Source: an uncultured Holophagales bacterium (GTDB lineage: Bacteria; Acidobacteriota; Thermoanaerobaculia; Multivoradales; UBA5704). Taken from it: DNA of 64,000 nt. The notes under the pieces were generated by a model. It worked only from the letters and a program-made list of their open reading frames with translations, was not told where the DNA came from and ran no database searches. The position numbers and the translations under genes are program-made. The stretch lies in contig CAWJGT010000023.1 of NCBI GenBank assembly GCA_963842525.1, positions 363,594-427,593 of the forward strand, written 5' to 3'. Of the stretch, positions 1-9,930 are shown one piece after another. Numbering within the stretch: the first letter of the stretch is position 1; each line of letters opens with the position of its first letter.

Positions 1-513
1 GACCAGCATTCCCTGGGTTGTCTTCCACACCTCGTTGGTGGCTCCCCGGAAGAGGCCGTCGCGCTTCTCTGGCCCGGTGAGGCCGGTCCCGAACCCTCCT
101 CGTCCGACGAAGGTTACGATCCTGCCGGCCTCATCCCGGCCGCGATAGAGCGCGACCGGCCGGGTTCCCTGCACCTCCCGCACGAGCTTCACGAGGGCCA
201 GGTCATCCTTGCCCTCTCTCCCATCCGGATAGACAGCCACCTCCGCCACCTCATACTCCGCGTCCGCGCACCGCACCGTATGCGCTGGCTTGAACCACTT
301 TGCGACATGGGCGGCGGTCAGGATCCAGGCCGGAGCGACCAGAGTCCCCTCGCCTCCAGGCAGGTTCATCGCACAGGTCACAGGGAAGCGGGCTCCCAGC
401 TCCAGATATCCAGCGTCCTCCCGATCGTGACGGATCACGATCGACCCCGCGGGTACCGCCATGGCCACGATCAGCACCGGCAGCAGGGCTCGTTCAACGG
501 ACCGTTTTCTCAT
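1..513 (-). CDS. Secreted trypsin-like (S1) serine protease, runs off the window edge
   Basis: Not in the ORF track. Manual translation from ATG 513 gives MRKRSVERALLPVLIVAMAVPAGSIVIRHDR...GTLVAPAWILTAAHVAK...DDLALVKL, i.e. a signal peptide plus the His (TAAH) and Asp (DLAL) motifs of S1 proteases; open to position 1. Confidence 0.85.
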   Translation of the reverse strand, partial: MRKRSVERALLPVLIVAMAVPAGSIVIRHDREDAGYLELGARFPVTCAMNLPGGEGTLVAPAWILTAAHVAKWFKPAHTVRCADAEYEVAEVAVYPDGREGKDDLALVKLVREVQGTRPVALYRGRDEAGRIVTFVGRGGFGTGLTGPEKRDGLFRGATNEVWKTTQGMLV

Positions 514-615
514 GTCCCACTCCTTTGCGGGCGGCGCAGATGGCGAAGGCAACTATGCTCGCGAGCGTGCGTATCATGGCTTGACCGGGCGGTGCCCGGC
601 TTTCAAAAAATTGCG

Positions 616-1545
616 ATGCTGACGACCGAATCCGATCTCGTCCGTTCTCCCCGCCATCCCGAGATCGACCATGTCCTGTTCGCGAGCCGGCATGTGCTGG
701 TCGGGCAATTCCGGGTCGCCGTGGGCAACGCCGTTTTTCACGACACGGGTGCGATCCAGAACTACCTGGTCGCCTTTCCTCGCATCAGTGTGCGGATTCG
801 CCACGAAGGAAGGCCAGCCTTCGTCGCCGACCCTTCCATCGCCACGATCTACAACCGCGGTCAGATCTACCGGCGGGACGCTATCTCCGCCGACGGGGAC
901 CGCAGCGACTGGTTCGCGATCGATCCGCTGCTCGCCCGCTCGATCGTGGCGAAGCTCGATCCTTCTGCCGCAGAAGCTCCGGAGCGTCCGTTCCGCTTCG
1001 AGTTTGCTCCGGTCGCGGCGCAGCTCTTCTTACGGCAGCGGCTGCTGGTCCGGCGAGCACAGGCTGCACCGCTCGAAGAGCTGGAGATGGAGGAAGAGGC
1101 CGTCGGCATCGTCGCCGATGTCCTCTCTGCGGCGGGTGCAGCTTTTGGGAGGAAGCCGGACGCTCAGAAGGTCGATCCGCGGCCGCTGGCGGAGCACGCT
1201 CGCGAGCTGCTCGCCACGACGTTCGCCGAGCCGCTCTCCCTGGTGGAGATCGCAGACCGCCTGGGCTGCTCCCCGTATCATCTCTGCCATTGCTTCCGCC
1301 GCGCGACCGGAACGACCCTCCATGGCTACCGGATGCAATTGCGGCTGCGCACCGCGCTCGAACGGTTGGGCGAGCCGGACGTCGACCTGACGGAGCTGGC
1401 GCTCGACCTCGGCTACTCGAGCCACAGCCACTTTACGATGAGCTTCGGGCGCTTCTTCGGCGCGGCGCCTTCGAAGCTGCGCACGCAGTTGCGGGCGGCG
1501 TCGCGACCAGCAGGAGGCGATCCCACTCCGGCTCGACCGAGGTGA
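616..1545 (+). CDS. AraC-family transcriptional regulator
   Basis: C-terminal double HTH (LSLVEIADRLGCSPYHLCHCFRRATG...LTELALDLGYSSHSHFTMSFGRFFG). Start set at ATG 616 because the upstream ORF extension overlaps the divergent protease gene. Confidence 0.85.
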   Translation: MLTTESDLVRSPRHPEIDHVLFASRHVLVGQFRVAVGNAVFHDTGAIQNYLVAFPRISVRIRHEGRPAFVADPSIATIYNRGQIYRRDAISADGDRSDWFAIDPLLARSIVAKLDPSAAEAPERPFRFEFAPVAAQLFLRQRLLVRRAQAAPLEELEMEEEAVGIVADVLSAAGAAFGRKPDAQKVDPRPLAEHARELLATTFAEPLSLVEIADRLGCSPYHLCHCFRRATGTTLHGYRMQLRLRTALERLGEPDVDLTELALDLGYSSHSHFTMSFGRFFGAAPSKLRTQLRAASRPAGGDPTPARPR

Positions 1546-2770
1546 CAGTGGCGAGCAACGCCAGGCCAATGCCTGCGGCGCCGGTCAGGAAACCGACGTC
1601 CTCCCCCCAGACCGACGGCCAGTCCTGGCCGGCGACCCGGGCCTCGAGCCCCAGCCGGTACCACAGGCGCGCGGCGTCCGCGAACAGCTCGTTCCCGCCG
1701 GCCTGGTAGATGCGGTTGTACAGGTGGGCGAGCCCGAGAGCGCCGTGGCACAGTCCCGTGGCCTGCACGCCGGCATCTTCCGGCGCGGCGCAGGCCGCAT
1801 GGGCGGCGATCGCCAGCGCCATGTCCTCCCACTCTTTCATCCCGACAGCGCGGGCGGCATAAAGAAGGGTCGCAGCAACCCCTGGATCGCCGTAGCACCA
1901 GGCGAGCCGCGAGGGCTTCGCCTCGATGCCTGTGCCGACCCGGGAGGGGTAGCAGGCCCCCTTCTGCCCTGCGAGAGGCTGCAGCGCCAGCCAGCGCACC
2001 GCACCGTCGAGCAGGGGGCGCGCCCGGTCCTGCCGGATTCCCAGGCGGCAGGCGGCGGCCAGCAGGGCGATGATGCCGGGGACGCCGTGCGCCACCCCCA
2101 GATCGTAATAGCCGTAGGGCGTGTGCTCCCGGCCGGCGCTGGACAGGACCTCGGGGGGCCTGAACCAGGTGACCTCCTGTCCGTTCCTCTCGGCGCTCTC
2201 GTCCAGCCGGTCGACGATGGCCTCCAGGCAGCGTACGGCCGACGGGCGGGGGAAGCGCTCCAGGGCATAGACGCCGAAACCGACGAGCCCGCTCGTGAGG
2301 TCGTAGTCGCCCGCCCAGGAGAGGCGGTCGAGCGCCGTCAGGAGGGCCTGGTCGACCTCCTCGCCCATGTCCTCGTCTTCGACTCCGCTCGCCTCCTCCT
2401 CCTGCTCGTCCTGGCCGTCCAGCAGGCTGCCCAGGTGCTCCGCGGCCCAGGCGACGCCTGTAAAACCGGAGTAGAGGGCCGGGCGGGTCGGGGCCATGGC
2501 GAGGGCCTCGACCGCCTGGTTCAGGCGCTGTCGCGCCCACGCGGCATGGCGTTCGGCCCCCGTGGCACTGAAGAGATAGCCGTGGAAGAGCGCCTGGCCC
2601 GCGGCGCCGCCGCCCAGGGAGACGACGCGGTCCATCCAACCGTCGGCGTGATATTCGCGGGGATCTCCAGGGGACCAGGCCTCTAGGGCCTGGGCGACGG
2701 CGTTCACCGCCTCCCAGGCCCGGACTGCGAGGTCGCCATCGAGCAACGGGCGCCAGCGGCTCGATTTCAC
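1433..2770 (-). CDS. LanC-like lanthionine cyclase (standalone)
   Basis: Motifs YDLTSGLVG, DLGVAHGVPG, Zn-ligand AWCYGDPG and GLCHG, and GFLTGAAGIGL...WDRLLL; GTG start 2770 lies just after the precursor stop. Confidence 0.9.
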   Translation of the reverse strand: MKSSRWRPLLDGDLAVRAWEAVNAVAQALEAWSPGDPREYHADGWMDRVVSLGGGAAGQALFHGYLFSATGAERHAAWARQRLNQAVEALAMAPTRPALYSGFTGVAWAAEHLGSLLDGQDEQEEEASGVEDEDMGEEVDQALLTALDRLSWAGDYDLTSGLVGFGVYALERFPRPSAVRCLEAIVDRLDESAERNGQEVTWFRPPEVLSSAGREHTPYGYYDLGVAHGVPGIIALLAAACRLGIRQDRARPLLDGAVRWLALQPLAGQKGACYPSRVGTGIEAKPSRLAWCYGDPGVAATLLYAARAVGMKEWEDMALAIAAHAACAAPEDAGVQATGLCHGALGLAHLYNRIYQAGGNELFADAARLWYRLGLEARVAGQDWPSVWGEDVGFLTGAAGIGLALLATVTSVEPEWDRLLLVATPPATACAASKAPRRRSARSSS

Positions 2771-2774
2771 AGTC

Positions 2775-2957
2775 CTAATCGCAACAAGCAATGGTCCCCG
2801 GAAAGCTGCAGTCGCAGGTGGCGTAGGCTTGAGTCCAGCCTGGACAAGTATAGCGGCCCTGGGTGGGAGCTGCCCCAACCACTTCCTGCAGATTGCGCTC
2901 GGACAGGTTGCGCAGGGTCTCTCGGTGGAGCTGGAGCTTCTTGACGTTCTTGTTCAT
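2775..2957 (-). CDS. Lanthipeptide-like precursor peptide 1 (60 aa)
   Basis: MNKNVKKLQLHRETLRNLSERNLQEVVG-AAPTQGRYTCPGWTQAYATCDCSFPGTIACCD; SD GAAGGAG upstream; KKLxLxxETL leader; core with 5 Cys, 5 Thr, 1 Ser; adjacent to LanC. Confidence 0.9.
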   Translation of the reverse strand: MNKNVKKLQLHRETLRNLSERNLQEVVGAAPTQGRYTCPGWTQAYATCDCSFPGTIACCD

Positions 2958-3078
2958 GCGGCTCTCCTTCAATAAAGAGTTGTGTGTGCCAGGTTCTCGC
3001 CTCAGACCAGAAACCGGCCGGGCCGCTTCCTGGCTCACATCTACTGTGGCGTAATCGGCGACGCCCGGCTATCAGAGT

Positions 3079-3236
3079 GGAAGAGCGCCTGGCCCGCGGT
3101 GCCGCCGCCCAGGGAGACGATGCGGTCCATCCAACCGTCGGCGTGCTGTTCGCGGGGATCTCCAGGGGACCAGGCTTCGAGGAGGGCCTGGGAGACGGCG
3201 TTCACCGCCTCCCAGGACCTAGAGGCTCGATTTCAC
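3079..3236 (-). pseudogene. Degenerate duplicate of the 5' end of the LanC-like gene
   Basis: Near copy of 2583-2770 beginning GTG AAA TCG AGC, then CTC TAG stop and an internal deletion. Confidence 0.85.
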
Positions 3237-3270
3237 GGTCAGCCAGCGCCTCCGCGGAGCGTCGCGCTAC

Positions 3271-3450
3271 TTACCCGCAACAAGCAAAGGTTTCCGGGAG
3301 ACTGCAGTCGCAGGTGGCGTAGGCTTGAGTCCAGCCTGGACAAGTTCGGCCCTGGGTTAGAGCTGCCCCGGCCACTTCCTGCAGATTGCGCTCGGACAGG
3401 TTGCGCAGGGTCTCTCGGTGGAGCTGGAGCTTCTTGACGTTCTTGTTCAT
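3271..3450 (-). CDS. Lanthipeptide-like precursor peptide 2 (59 aa)
   Basis: Not in the ORF track (below its apparent 60-aa cutoff). Manual translation MNKNVKKLQLHRETLRNLSERNLQEVAG-AALTQGRTCPGWTQAYATCDCSLPETFACCG*; SD GAGGAG. Confidence 0.9.
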   Translation of the reverse strand: MNKNVKKLQLHRETLRNLSERNLQEVAGAALTQGRTCPGWTQAYATCDCSLPETFACCG

Positions 3451-3599
3451 TCGGTTCTCCTCTGCGAAGAGTTGTATGTGCCAGGTCGCACCTCAGGTCA
3501 GGAACCGGCCGAGCCGCGTCCTGGCTCGCGTAGAGTCTGGCGCGACCGGGCGATGCCCGGCTATCAAAAAATTGCTCCGCGGAGGCCTACCGGATGCGT

Positions 3600-3656
3600 C
3601 CCCCCTCTCCCGGCGGGGGGTGGAAGGAAGACGGGAGAGGGGGACAGGGGGTGAGG
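3600..3656. repeat. REP-like palindrome (CCCCCTCTCCCG...CGGGAGAGGGGG family)
   Basis: Intergenic stem-loop; the same family recurs at 47719, 51334 and 59418. Confidence 0.75.
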
Positions 3657-3701
3657 ATACAGGGCGACGCCGACAGCAGGACTTTCGAAAAGCCCCCTTA
3701 C

Positions 3702-4115
3702 TTACTCACCCTTCTCGCAGTTGACCATCCAAGGCGTGCCGAACCGATCGGTGACCATGCCGAAGCCGCCGACGGCCCAGAAGGTCTTTTCGAACGGCAT
3801 GATCACCGTCCCACCCTCCGCCAGCGCATTGAAGGTGCGTTGTGCATCGGCCGACTTCTCGATGTGGATCGACACGAACAGGCCTCGGGGTTTCTCGTAC
3901 CGGTCCGGCGGAGCGTCGGACGCCATCAAGGCCTGGTCGCCGACGACGAGGTGGGCATGCATCACCCTGTTGTGCGTCTCGGGCGGCATCTCGGCTGCCA
4001 TCGGCGACTCGCCATAGGTCATCATCATTTCGATCTTGCCGCCGAACACCTGCTCATAGAACCGGAACGCTTCCGCGCACTGGCCTTTGAAGTTGAGATA
4101 TGGAGTGAATTTCAT
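3702..4115 (-). CDS. VOC/glyoxalase family protein (PhnB-like)
   Basis: MKFTPYLNFKGQCAEAFRFYEQVFGG...VMHAHL...FGMVTDRFGTPWMVN. Confidence 0.9.
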   Translation of the reverse strand: MKFTPYLNFKGQCAEAFRFYEQVFGGKIEMMMTYGESPMAAEMPPETHNRVMHAHLVVGDQALMASDAPPDRYEKPRGLFVSIHIEKSADAQRTFNALAEGGTVIMPFEKTFWAVGGFGMVTDRFGTPWMVNCEKGE

Positions 4116-4145
4116 GCTGTCCTCCTTTGGTGGTTTCGAGTGACT

Positions 4146-4442
4146 CTAACCGCCGGCGATGGCAGCTACGATGAGAAAAGGCTCCGCTCCCGTCGCGACT
4201 GCCTCGGGGACCGGGGCGTCCGGCGGCTCATGGGAGAGGTCCTGCTCACAGGCAAAGAACCTTACGAAGGGACGACGACGCAGCGTGCCGTGGTCGCGGA
4301 TCGTCCCGCGCAGCACCGGATAGCGGGCTTCGAGAGCATCGAGGATCGAGCGCTGCGTCGCCGGGCCCTCGACCTCCAGCTCCACCTCTTCGCCGGTGCG
4401 CGCCAGCGTCCGCAGATGGGGAGGAATGACGACCCGGATCAT
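4146..4442 (-). CDS. MoaD/ThiS-like ubiquitin-fold protein
   Basis: [14 protein letters not shown]...[17 protein letters not shown]...AIAGG (C-terminal GG); ATGA overlap with the upstream gene stop. Confidence 0.88.
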   Translation of the reverse strand: MIRVVIPPHLRTLARTGEEVELEVEGPATQRSILDALEARYPVLRGTIRDHGTLRRRPFVRFFACEQDLSHEPPDAPVPEAVATGAEPFLIVAAIAGG

Positions 4443-5554
4443 GGCAGCGTCTGGACCTCGACGGAGAGGACGGGCGGCAAGTCCCGGACGATCGGAGCCC
4501 AGGTGTCCCCGGCGTTGGACGAGGCATAGACCTGCCCGCCGGTCGTTCCGAAGTAGATGCCGCACGAATCCAGAGCATCGACGGCCATCGCGTCGCGCAG
4601 GATGTTGACGTAGCAGTCGCTCTGCGGCAGCCCGTTCGTGAGCGCCTCCCACTCGTTTCCGCCCGTCCGGCTGCGGTAGACACGCAGCTTCCCGTCGGGG
4701 GGAAAATGCTCGGAATCGCTCTTGATCGGGACGACGTAGATGGTCTCGGGCTCGTGCGCGTGGACCGCGATCGGGAAGCCGAAATCGCTCGGCAGGTTGC
4801 CGCTGACCTCGTGCCACGACTCGCCGGCGTCGTCGCTGCGCATGACGTCCCAGTGCTTCTGCATGAAGAGCACGTCCGGGCGCGACGGGTGCATGGCGAG
4901 GCAGTGGACGCAGTAGCCGACCTCGGCATCCGGATCGGGAAGCTCGTACCCCATCTTCAGGCCGCGGTTCACCGGCTGCCAGGTCGCCCCGCCGTCGTCG
5001 GTCCGGAACGCGCCCGCGGCCGAGATGGCGATGAAGATCCGGTCGGGATTTCTCGGATCGAGGAGAATCGTGTGCAGGCACATCCCGCCGGCACCCGGCT
5101 GCCAGAGGTGTCCCTTGGCGCTGCGCAGCCCGGGGAGCTCCTCCCAGGTCTGGCCGCCGTCGACCGACCGGAACAGGGCGGCATCCTCCACCCCTGCGTA
5201 GACGGTATCCGGATCGGTCAGCGACGGCTCCAGATGCCAGACGCGCTTGAACTCCCAGGGGTGCTGCGTGCCGTCATGCCACTGGTGCGTGCCGGGGACC
5301 CCGTCGTAGGCGAATTTATTGCCGACCGCGTCCCACGTGCTGCCGCCGTCGTGGGAGCGCTGGATGATCTGTCCGGACCAGCCGCTGGACTGCGACGCAT
5401 ACAGCCGGTCCGGGTCCACGGGAGAGCCCTTGACGTGGTAGACCTCCCAGCCCGCGAAGTGAGGCCCGCTGACGTCCCACCGTTCGCGCTTTCCGTCCGA
5501 CGTCAGGACGAACGCGCCCTTGCGTGTACCAACCAATACCCGTACCCCGCTCAT
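4439..5554 (-). CDS. BNR/Asp-box repeat beta-propeller (sialidase-like) protein
   Basis: Repeated SxDGGxTW motifs; N-terminal [12 protein letters not shown]. Confidence 0.88.
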   Translation of the reverse strand: MSGVRVLVGTRKGAFVLTSDGKRERWDVSGPHFAGWEVYHVKGSPVDPDRLYASQSSGWSGQIIQRSHDGGSTWDAVGNKFAYDGVPGTHQWHDGTQHPWEFKRVWHLEPSLTDPDTVYAGVEDAALFRSVDGGQTWEELPGLRSAKGHLWQPGAGGMCLHTILLDPRNPDRIFIAISAAGAFRTDDGGATWQPVNRGLKMGYELPDPDAEVGYCVHCLAMHPSRPDVLFMQKHWDVMRSDDAGESWHEVSGNLPSDFGFPIAVHAHEPETIYVVPIKSDSEHFPPDGKLRVYRSRTGGNEWEALTNGLPQSDCYVNILRDAMAVDALDSCGIYFGTTGGQVYASSNAGDTWAPIVRDLPPVLSVEVQTLP

Positions 5555-5783
5555 CCGTAGCTCCTTTCTACGCTGAAATCCCGCCGGCGAGCATCGCGCC
5601 GGGGCACAGTCTATCCGAAAGCGGTGTCAGGTCGACGTTGCCATCGACTCATTCGCTCTCGGGGTTCTCAGGTAGCCCGGACGGGGCCTCCGTCCGCTCA
5701 TGCACCCCTCGTGTAGTATTGCCTGGGGCGGAGCGCACCCCCCAACGGAAACCGAGGGCATTCTGCTCGCAGGAGGAACCGCG

Positions 5784-6860
5784 ATGGCCAGCGAAGTCTC
5801 CGAGACTCACCACTCGCCGCCCGCGCTCGCCGAGATGCACGTCGTCTGGGTCACGGCCGGCCTCGGATGCGATGGCGATACCATCGCGATGACCGCCGCC
5901 ACCCAGCCCAGCCTCGAGGATCTGGTCATGGGCGCGCTGCCCGGTGTCCCGCGGGTCCTGCTGCACAACCCCGTGCTCGCCTACGAGAACGCCGACGAGT
6001 TCCTCGCGATCCTGCGCCGCGCCGCCGACGGGCAGCTCGATCCGTTCATCCTCGTCTTCGAAGGCTCCGTCCCCGACGAGACGCTCGCCGGTGAGGGGTG
6101 CTGGGCCGGCCTCGGCGTCGATCCGCTGACCGGCCAGCCGATCTCGACCTGCTCCTGGATCGACCGCCTGGCGCCCCGCGCCTGGGCGGTGGTCGCGGCC
6201 GGGACCTGCGCGACCTACGGCGGTATTCATGCGATAGCCGGCAATCCCACGGGCTGCCGGGGCCTGCCGGACTACCTCGGCTGGACGTGGAGGTCCAAGG
6301 CGGACATCCCCATCGTCTGCGTCCCGGGCTGCCCGATCCAGCCGGACAGCTTCATGGAGGTCCTGCTCTACCTGCTGTACCAGGCCGTAGGCTCCGCGCC
6401 GATGATCCCCCTCGACCAGGCGCTGCGCCCCAACTGGCTGTTCACCGAGACGGTTCATGAAGGATGCGATCGCGGCGGGTTCTACGAGCAGGCCGACTTC
6501 GCCAAGGAGTACGGCACCAAACCGTGCATCGTGAAGCTGGGTTGCTGGGGCCCGGTCGTGCAGTGCAACGTCCCCAAGCGCGGCTGGATGAGTGGCATCG
6601 GCGGCTGCCCCAACGTGGGAGGGGTCTGCATCGGCTGCACGATGCCGGGCTTCCCCGACAAGTTCATGCCCTTCATGGACGAGCCGCCTGGGGCTCACAT
6701 GTCGACTGCGGCGGTCGTCACCTACGGGCGCACCGTGCGGGCGCTGCGCCAGTTCACTCTCGGCTCGATGAATCGCGAGCCGGAGTGGCGGAGGCCGGGC
6801 AACGGGCCGACGGCAGCCGGCGAAAACCTGGGCGGAGTCAAGGGAAAGCCGGGGAAATAG
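5784..6860 (+). CDS. hhyS: Group 1h [NiFe]-hydrogenase small subunit
   Basis: GLGCDGDT, GTCATYGG, VPGCP, HEGCDR, KLGCWGP and GGCPNVGGVCIGCTMPGFPD Fe-S motifs; no Tat leader; SD AGGAGG before ATG 5784. Confidence 0.9.
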   Translation: MASEVSETHHSPPALAEMHVVWVTAGLGCDGDTIAMTAATQPSLEDLVMGALPGVPRVLLHNPVLAYENADEFLAILRRAADGQLDPFILVFEGSVPDETLAGEGCWAGLGVDPLTGQPISTCSWIDRLAPRAWAVVAAGTCATYGGIHAIAGNPTGCRGLPDYLGWTWRSKADIPIVCVPGCPIQPDSFMEVLLYLLYQAVGSAPMIPLDQALRPNWLFTETVHEGCDRGGFYEQADFAKEYGTKPCIVKLGCWGPVVQCNVPKRGWMSGIGGCPNVGGVCIGCTMPGFPDKFMPFMDEPPGAHMSTAAVVTYGRTVRALRQFTLGSMNREPEWRRPGNGPTAAGENLGGVKGKPGK

Positions 6861-8646
6861 ATGCCGGTCGACGGTAGAAACCTGACGGATTTGTCCTGGG
6901 ATCCGATCACCCGGATCATCGGCAGCCTCGGCATCCACACCAAGATCGACTTCGCCAACCGGCAGGTCGTGGAGTGCCGGAGCACCTCCTCGATCTTCCG
7001 CGGCTACAGCGTCTTCATGCGCGGCAAGGATCCTCGGGACGCCCATTTCATCACCAGCCGGATCTGCGGCATCTGCGGCGACAACCACGCGACCTGCGCG
7101 GTCTATGCCCAGAACATGGCGTTCGGCGTCAATCCGCCCTGGCTCGCCGACTGGATCATCAATTGCGGCGAGGCAGCGGAGTACATGTTCGACCACAACC
7201 TCTTCCAGGACAACCTGGTGGGCGTGGACTTCTGCGAGCAGATGGTACGCGAGACGAACCCGAGCGTGCTCGCCCGCGCCGAGACGACGCCGGCGCCGCA
7301 CGCTGGGCGCCACGGCTACCGCACCATCGCCGACATCATGCGTTCCCTCAACCCCTTCAGCGGCCCGCTCTATCGCGAGGCCCTGCAGATGAGCCGCCTG
7401 GCTCGCGAGATGTTCTGCCTGATGGAAGGGCGCCACGTCCACCCCTCCACCCTCTACCCCGGCGGCGTCGGGACGGTGCCGAGCGTGCAGCTCTTCACCG
7501 AGTACCTCGTCCGCCTCATGCGGTACATCGAGTTCCTCAAGCGGATCGTCCCCCTTCACGACGACCTCTTCGACTTCTTCTACGAGGCGCTGCCGGGATA
7601 TGAGGCGGTCGGACAGCGGCGGGTGCTCCTCGGCTGCTGGGGCGCCTTCCAGGACCCGGTGGCCTGCGACTTCCGCTACGAGACGATGCCCGCCTGGGGT
7701 AGGGCGATGTACGTCACGCCCGGGATCGTGGTCGACGGCCAGCTCCTCACCACCGATCTCGTGGAGATCAACCTCGGCATCCGCATCCTGCTGGGCAGCT
7801 CCTTCTACGACGACTGGCAGGACGGCGAGACGTTCGTGAAGGCCGATCCGCTGGGCAATCCCGTCGACCAGCGCCATCCCTGGAACCAGACGACCCATCC
7901 CAAACCGCAGAAACGCGATTTCGCGGGCCGCTACACCTGGGTGATGTCGCCCCGCTGGTTCGAACGCGCGCTCGCAGTCCTACCTCGCCCTGGACACCGG
8001 CGGCGGCCCGCTGGCGCGGTTCTGGGTCACCGCGCTCGCCGGGCTCGTCGACATCAGCACCGTCAAGGCCACCGGCCATAGCGTCAAGATCCTCCTGCCC
8101 AGGACGGCCTCGCTGCCGGAGACCGAGTTGGAATGGAAGATCCCGCGCTGGGCCAACACTCTTGAGCGGAACCGGGCTCGCACCTACTTCCAGGCCTACG
8201 CGGCGGCGGCGGCCCTCTACTTCGTCGAGCGGGCGATGAAGGAGGTCCATGCCGGCCGTCTGCAGACCTGGAAGGAGTTCCAGGTACCCGAGGAAGGCAT
8301 CGGCTGCGGCTTCCACGAGGCGGTGCGGGGATTGCTCTCCCATCACGTGGTCATCCGTAACGGGATCATCGCGAACTATCACCCCTACCCGCCGACCGCC
8401 TGGAACGCCAGCCCCCGCGACTGCTTCGGAGTCCCCGGCCCGTACGAGGACGCCATCCAGAACACCCCGTTGTTCGAGGAAAATGGACCCGAAACCTTCA
8501 AAGGAATCGATATCATGCGCACGGTGCGCAGCTTCGACCCGTGCATGCCCTGCGGGGTTCACATGTACCTGGGAAACGGCAAGGAGATCGAGGTGCGCCA
8601 CTCGCCCACGTTCGGCATTTCGGCGCCCTCCGTGGAGATTCGATGA
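6861..8646 (+). CDS. hhyL: Group 1h [NiFe]-hydrogenase large subunit (one frameshift near 7970)
   Basis: L1 TSRICGICGDNH and L2 SFDPCMPCGVH plus a C-terminal extension; the frame changes between ...SPRWFER and SYLALDTGGGP. Confidence 0.9.
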
Positions 8647-9930
8647 ATCTCGCGTCCGTCGAGCCGATCGCCGATGCCGTCCTCTTCGAAGGCTACCTTC
8701 TCTACCCCTATCGGGCCTCCGCGCTCAAGAACCGCCACCGCTGGATCTTCGGGGTGCTCTGCCCACGGACTGCGAGCGAGGCGCGGGGCGGCCTCGAGCC
8801 CTGGACCCTGCAGAGCGAGTGCCTCCTGGTGGGTAGTGCGGAGACGGAGGTCGAGGCGGTCGTCCGCTTTCTCCACCCGCTCCGCCGCGACCTGGGACGC
8901 CTCGGCCAGCCGGCGGCCGAGCTGCCGGCGACCGGGGCCGACCTCCAGCCGGTGGACTCGCTGCAGGTCGGTGACCGCCTGATCGAAGCCGGCGAGGAAG
9001 CCTCTCCCGCGCGGATCTGCCCTCGACTCCTCCGCCTTCGCGAGCTGGAGGAAGGCTGGGTCCGGCTCCCTTTCGCCTGCGCCGCGCGGCGCGATTTCGA
9101 AGCGATCCGTGACGGAGCGGGTCTGTCGGTGGCAGCATTCGTGCGGGAGCAGGAACGCCTCGAAGGTCTCGTGGAGATTGCAGCGGCGCGCGTCGCCGAT
9201 GACGTCTTCAAGCTGACCGTGCGGGTGTTCGAACGTGACGCCGCCGCGCGCGGCGGCGACCGAAGGAGACCGCAAGGTCCTCGATTCGTTCGTCTCGACT
9301 CATTGGATTCTGGGCGTCCGCGGCGGCGAGCTCGTCTCGCTCCTGGATCCGCCGCCGCCGCTCCGCGCTGCGGCGGAGAGCTGCCGCAACCTCGGGGTCT
9401 GGCCGGTGCTGGTCGGGGCCAGAGGGCGGCGCGACACCGTCCTGTGCTCTCCAATCATCCTCGACGACTACCCCGCGGTCGCGCCGGAGAGCCCGGGAGA
9501 CTCCTTCGACGGCACGGAGATCGACGAGCTCCTGACCTTGAGCATCCTGGCGCTCTCCGCGGAGGAGCGGCAGCGCATGGCGGCAGCCGACGAGCGCACG
9601 CGCGCCCTCCTCGAGCGGACGGAGGGGTTGCGGCCGGAGCAGCTCCAGCGGCTCCATGGCACGCTGCGGAGACCTGCCCCGGCTGCCGGCGCCTGGCTCG
9701 GCCCCGGCGACCGGGTCCACCTCCGGCCGCGGGGCCGCGCCGACATCTTCGACCTGGCGCTCGCCGGCCGCCGCGCGACCATCCTCTCGGTCGAGCAGGA
9801 CGTCGAGGACCGCGTCTACTACACGGTGACGGTCGACGACGATCCAGGCCGGGATTTGGGAGCGGAAGGCAAGCCCGGTCATCGGTTCTTCTTCGCTCCC
9901 GAAGAGGTCGAGCTCGTGGAGAGCGAATGA
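8643..9930 (+). CDS. Conserved hydrogenase-associated hypothetical protein (frameshift near 9232)
   Basis: ADAVLFEGYLLYPYRASALKNRHRW...WPVLVG...SPIILDDYP...FDGTEIDELLTL...DIFDLALAG...DDDPGRDLG...GHRFFF; ATGA overlaps at both ends. Confidence 0.75.
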
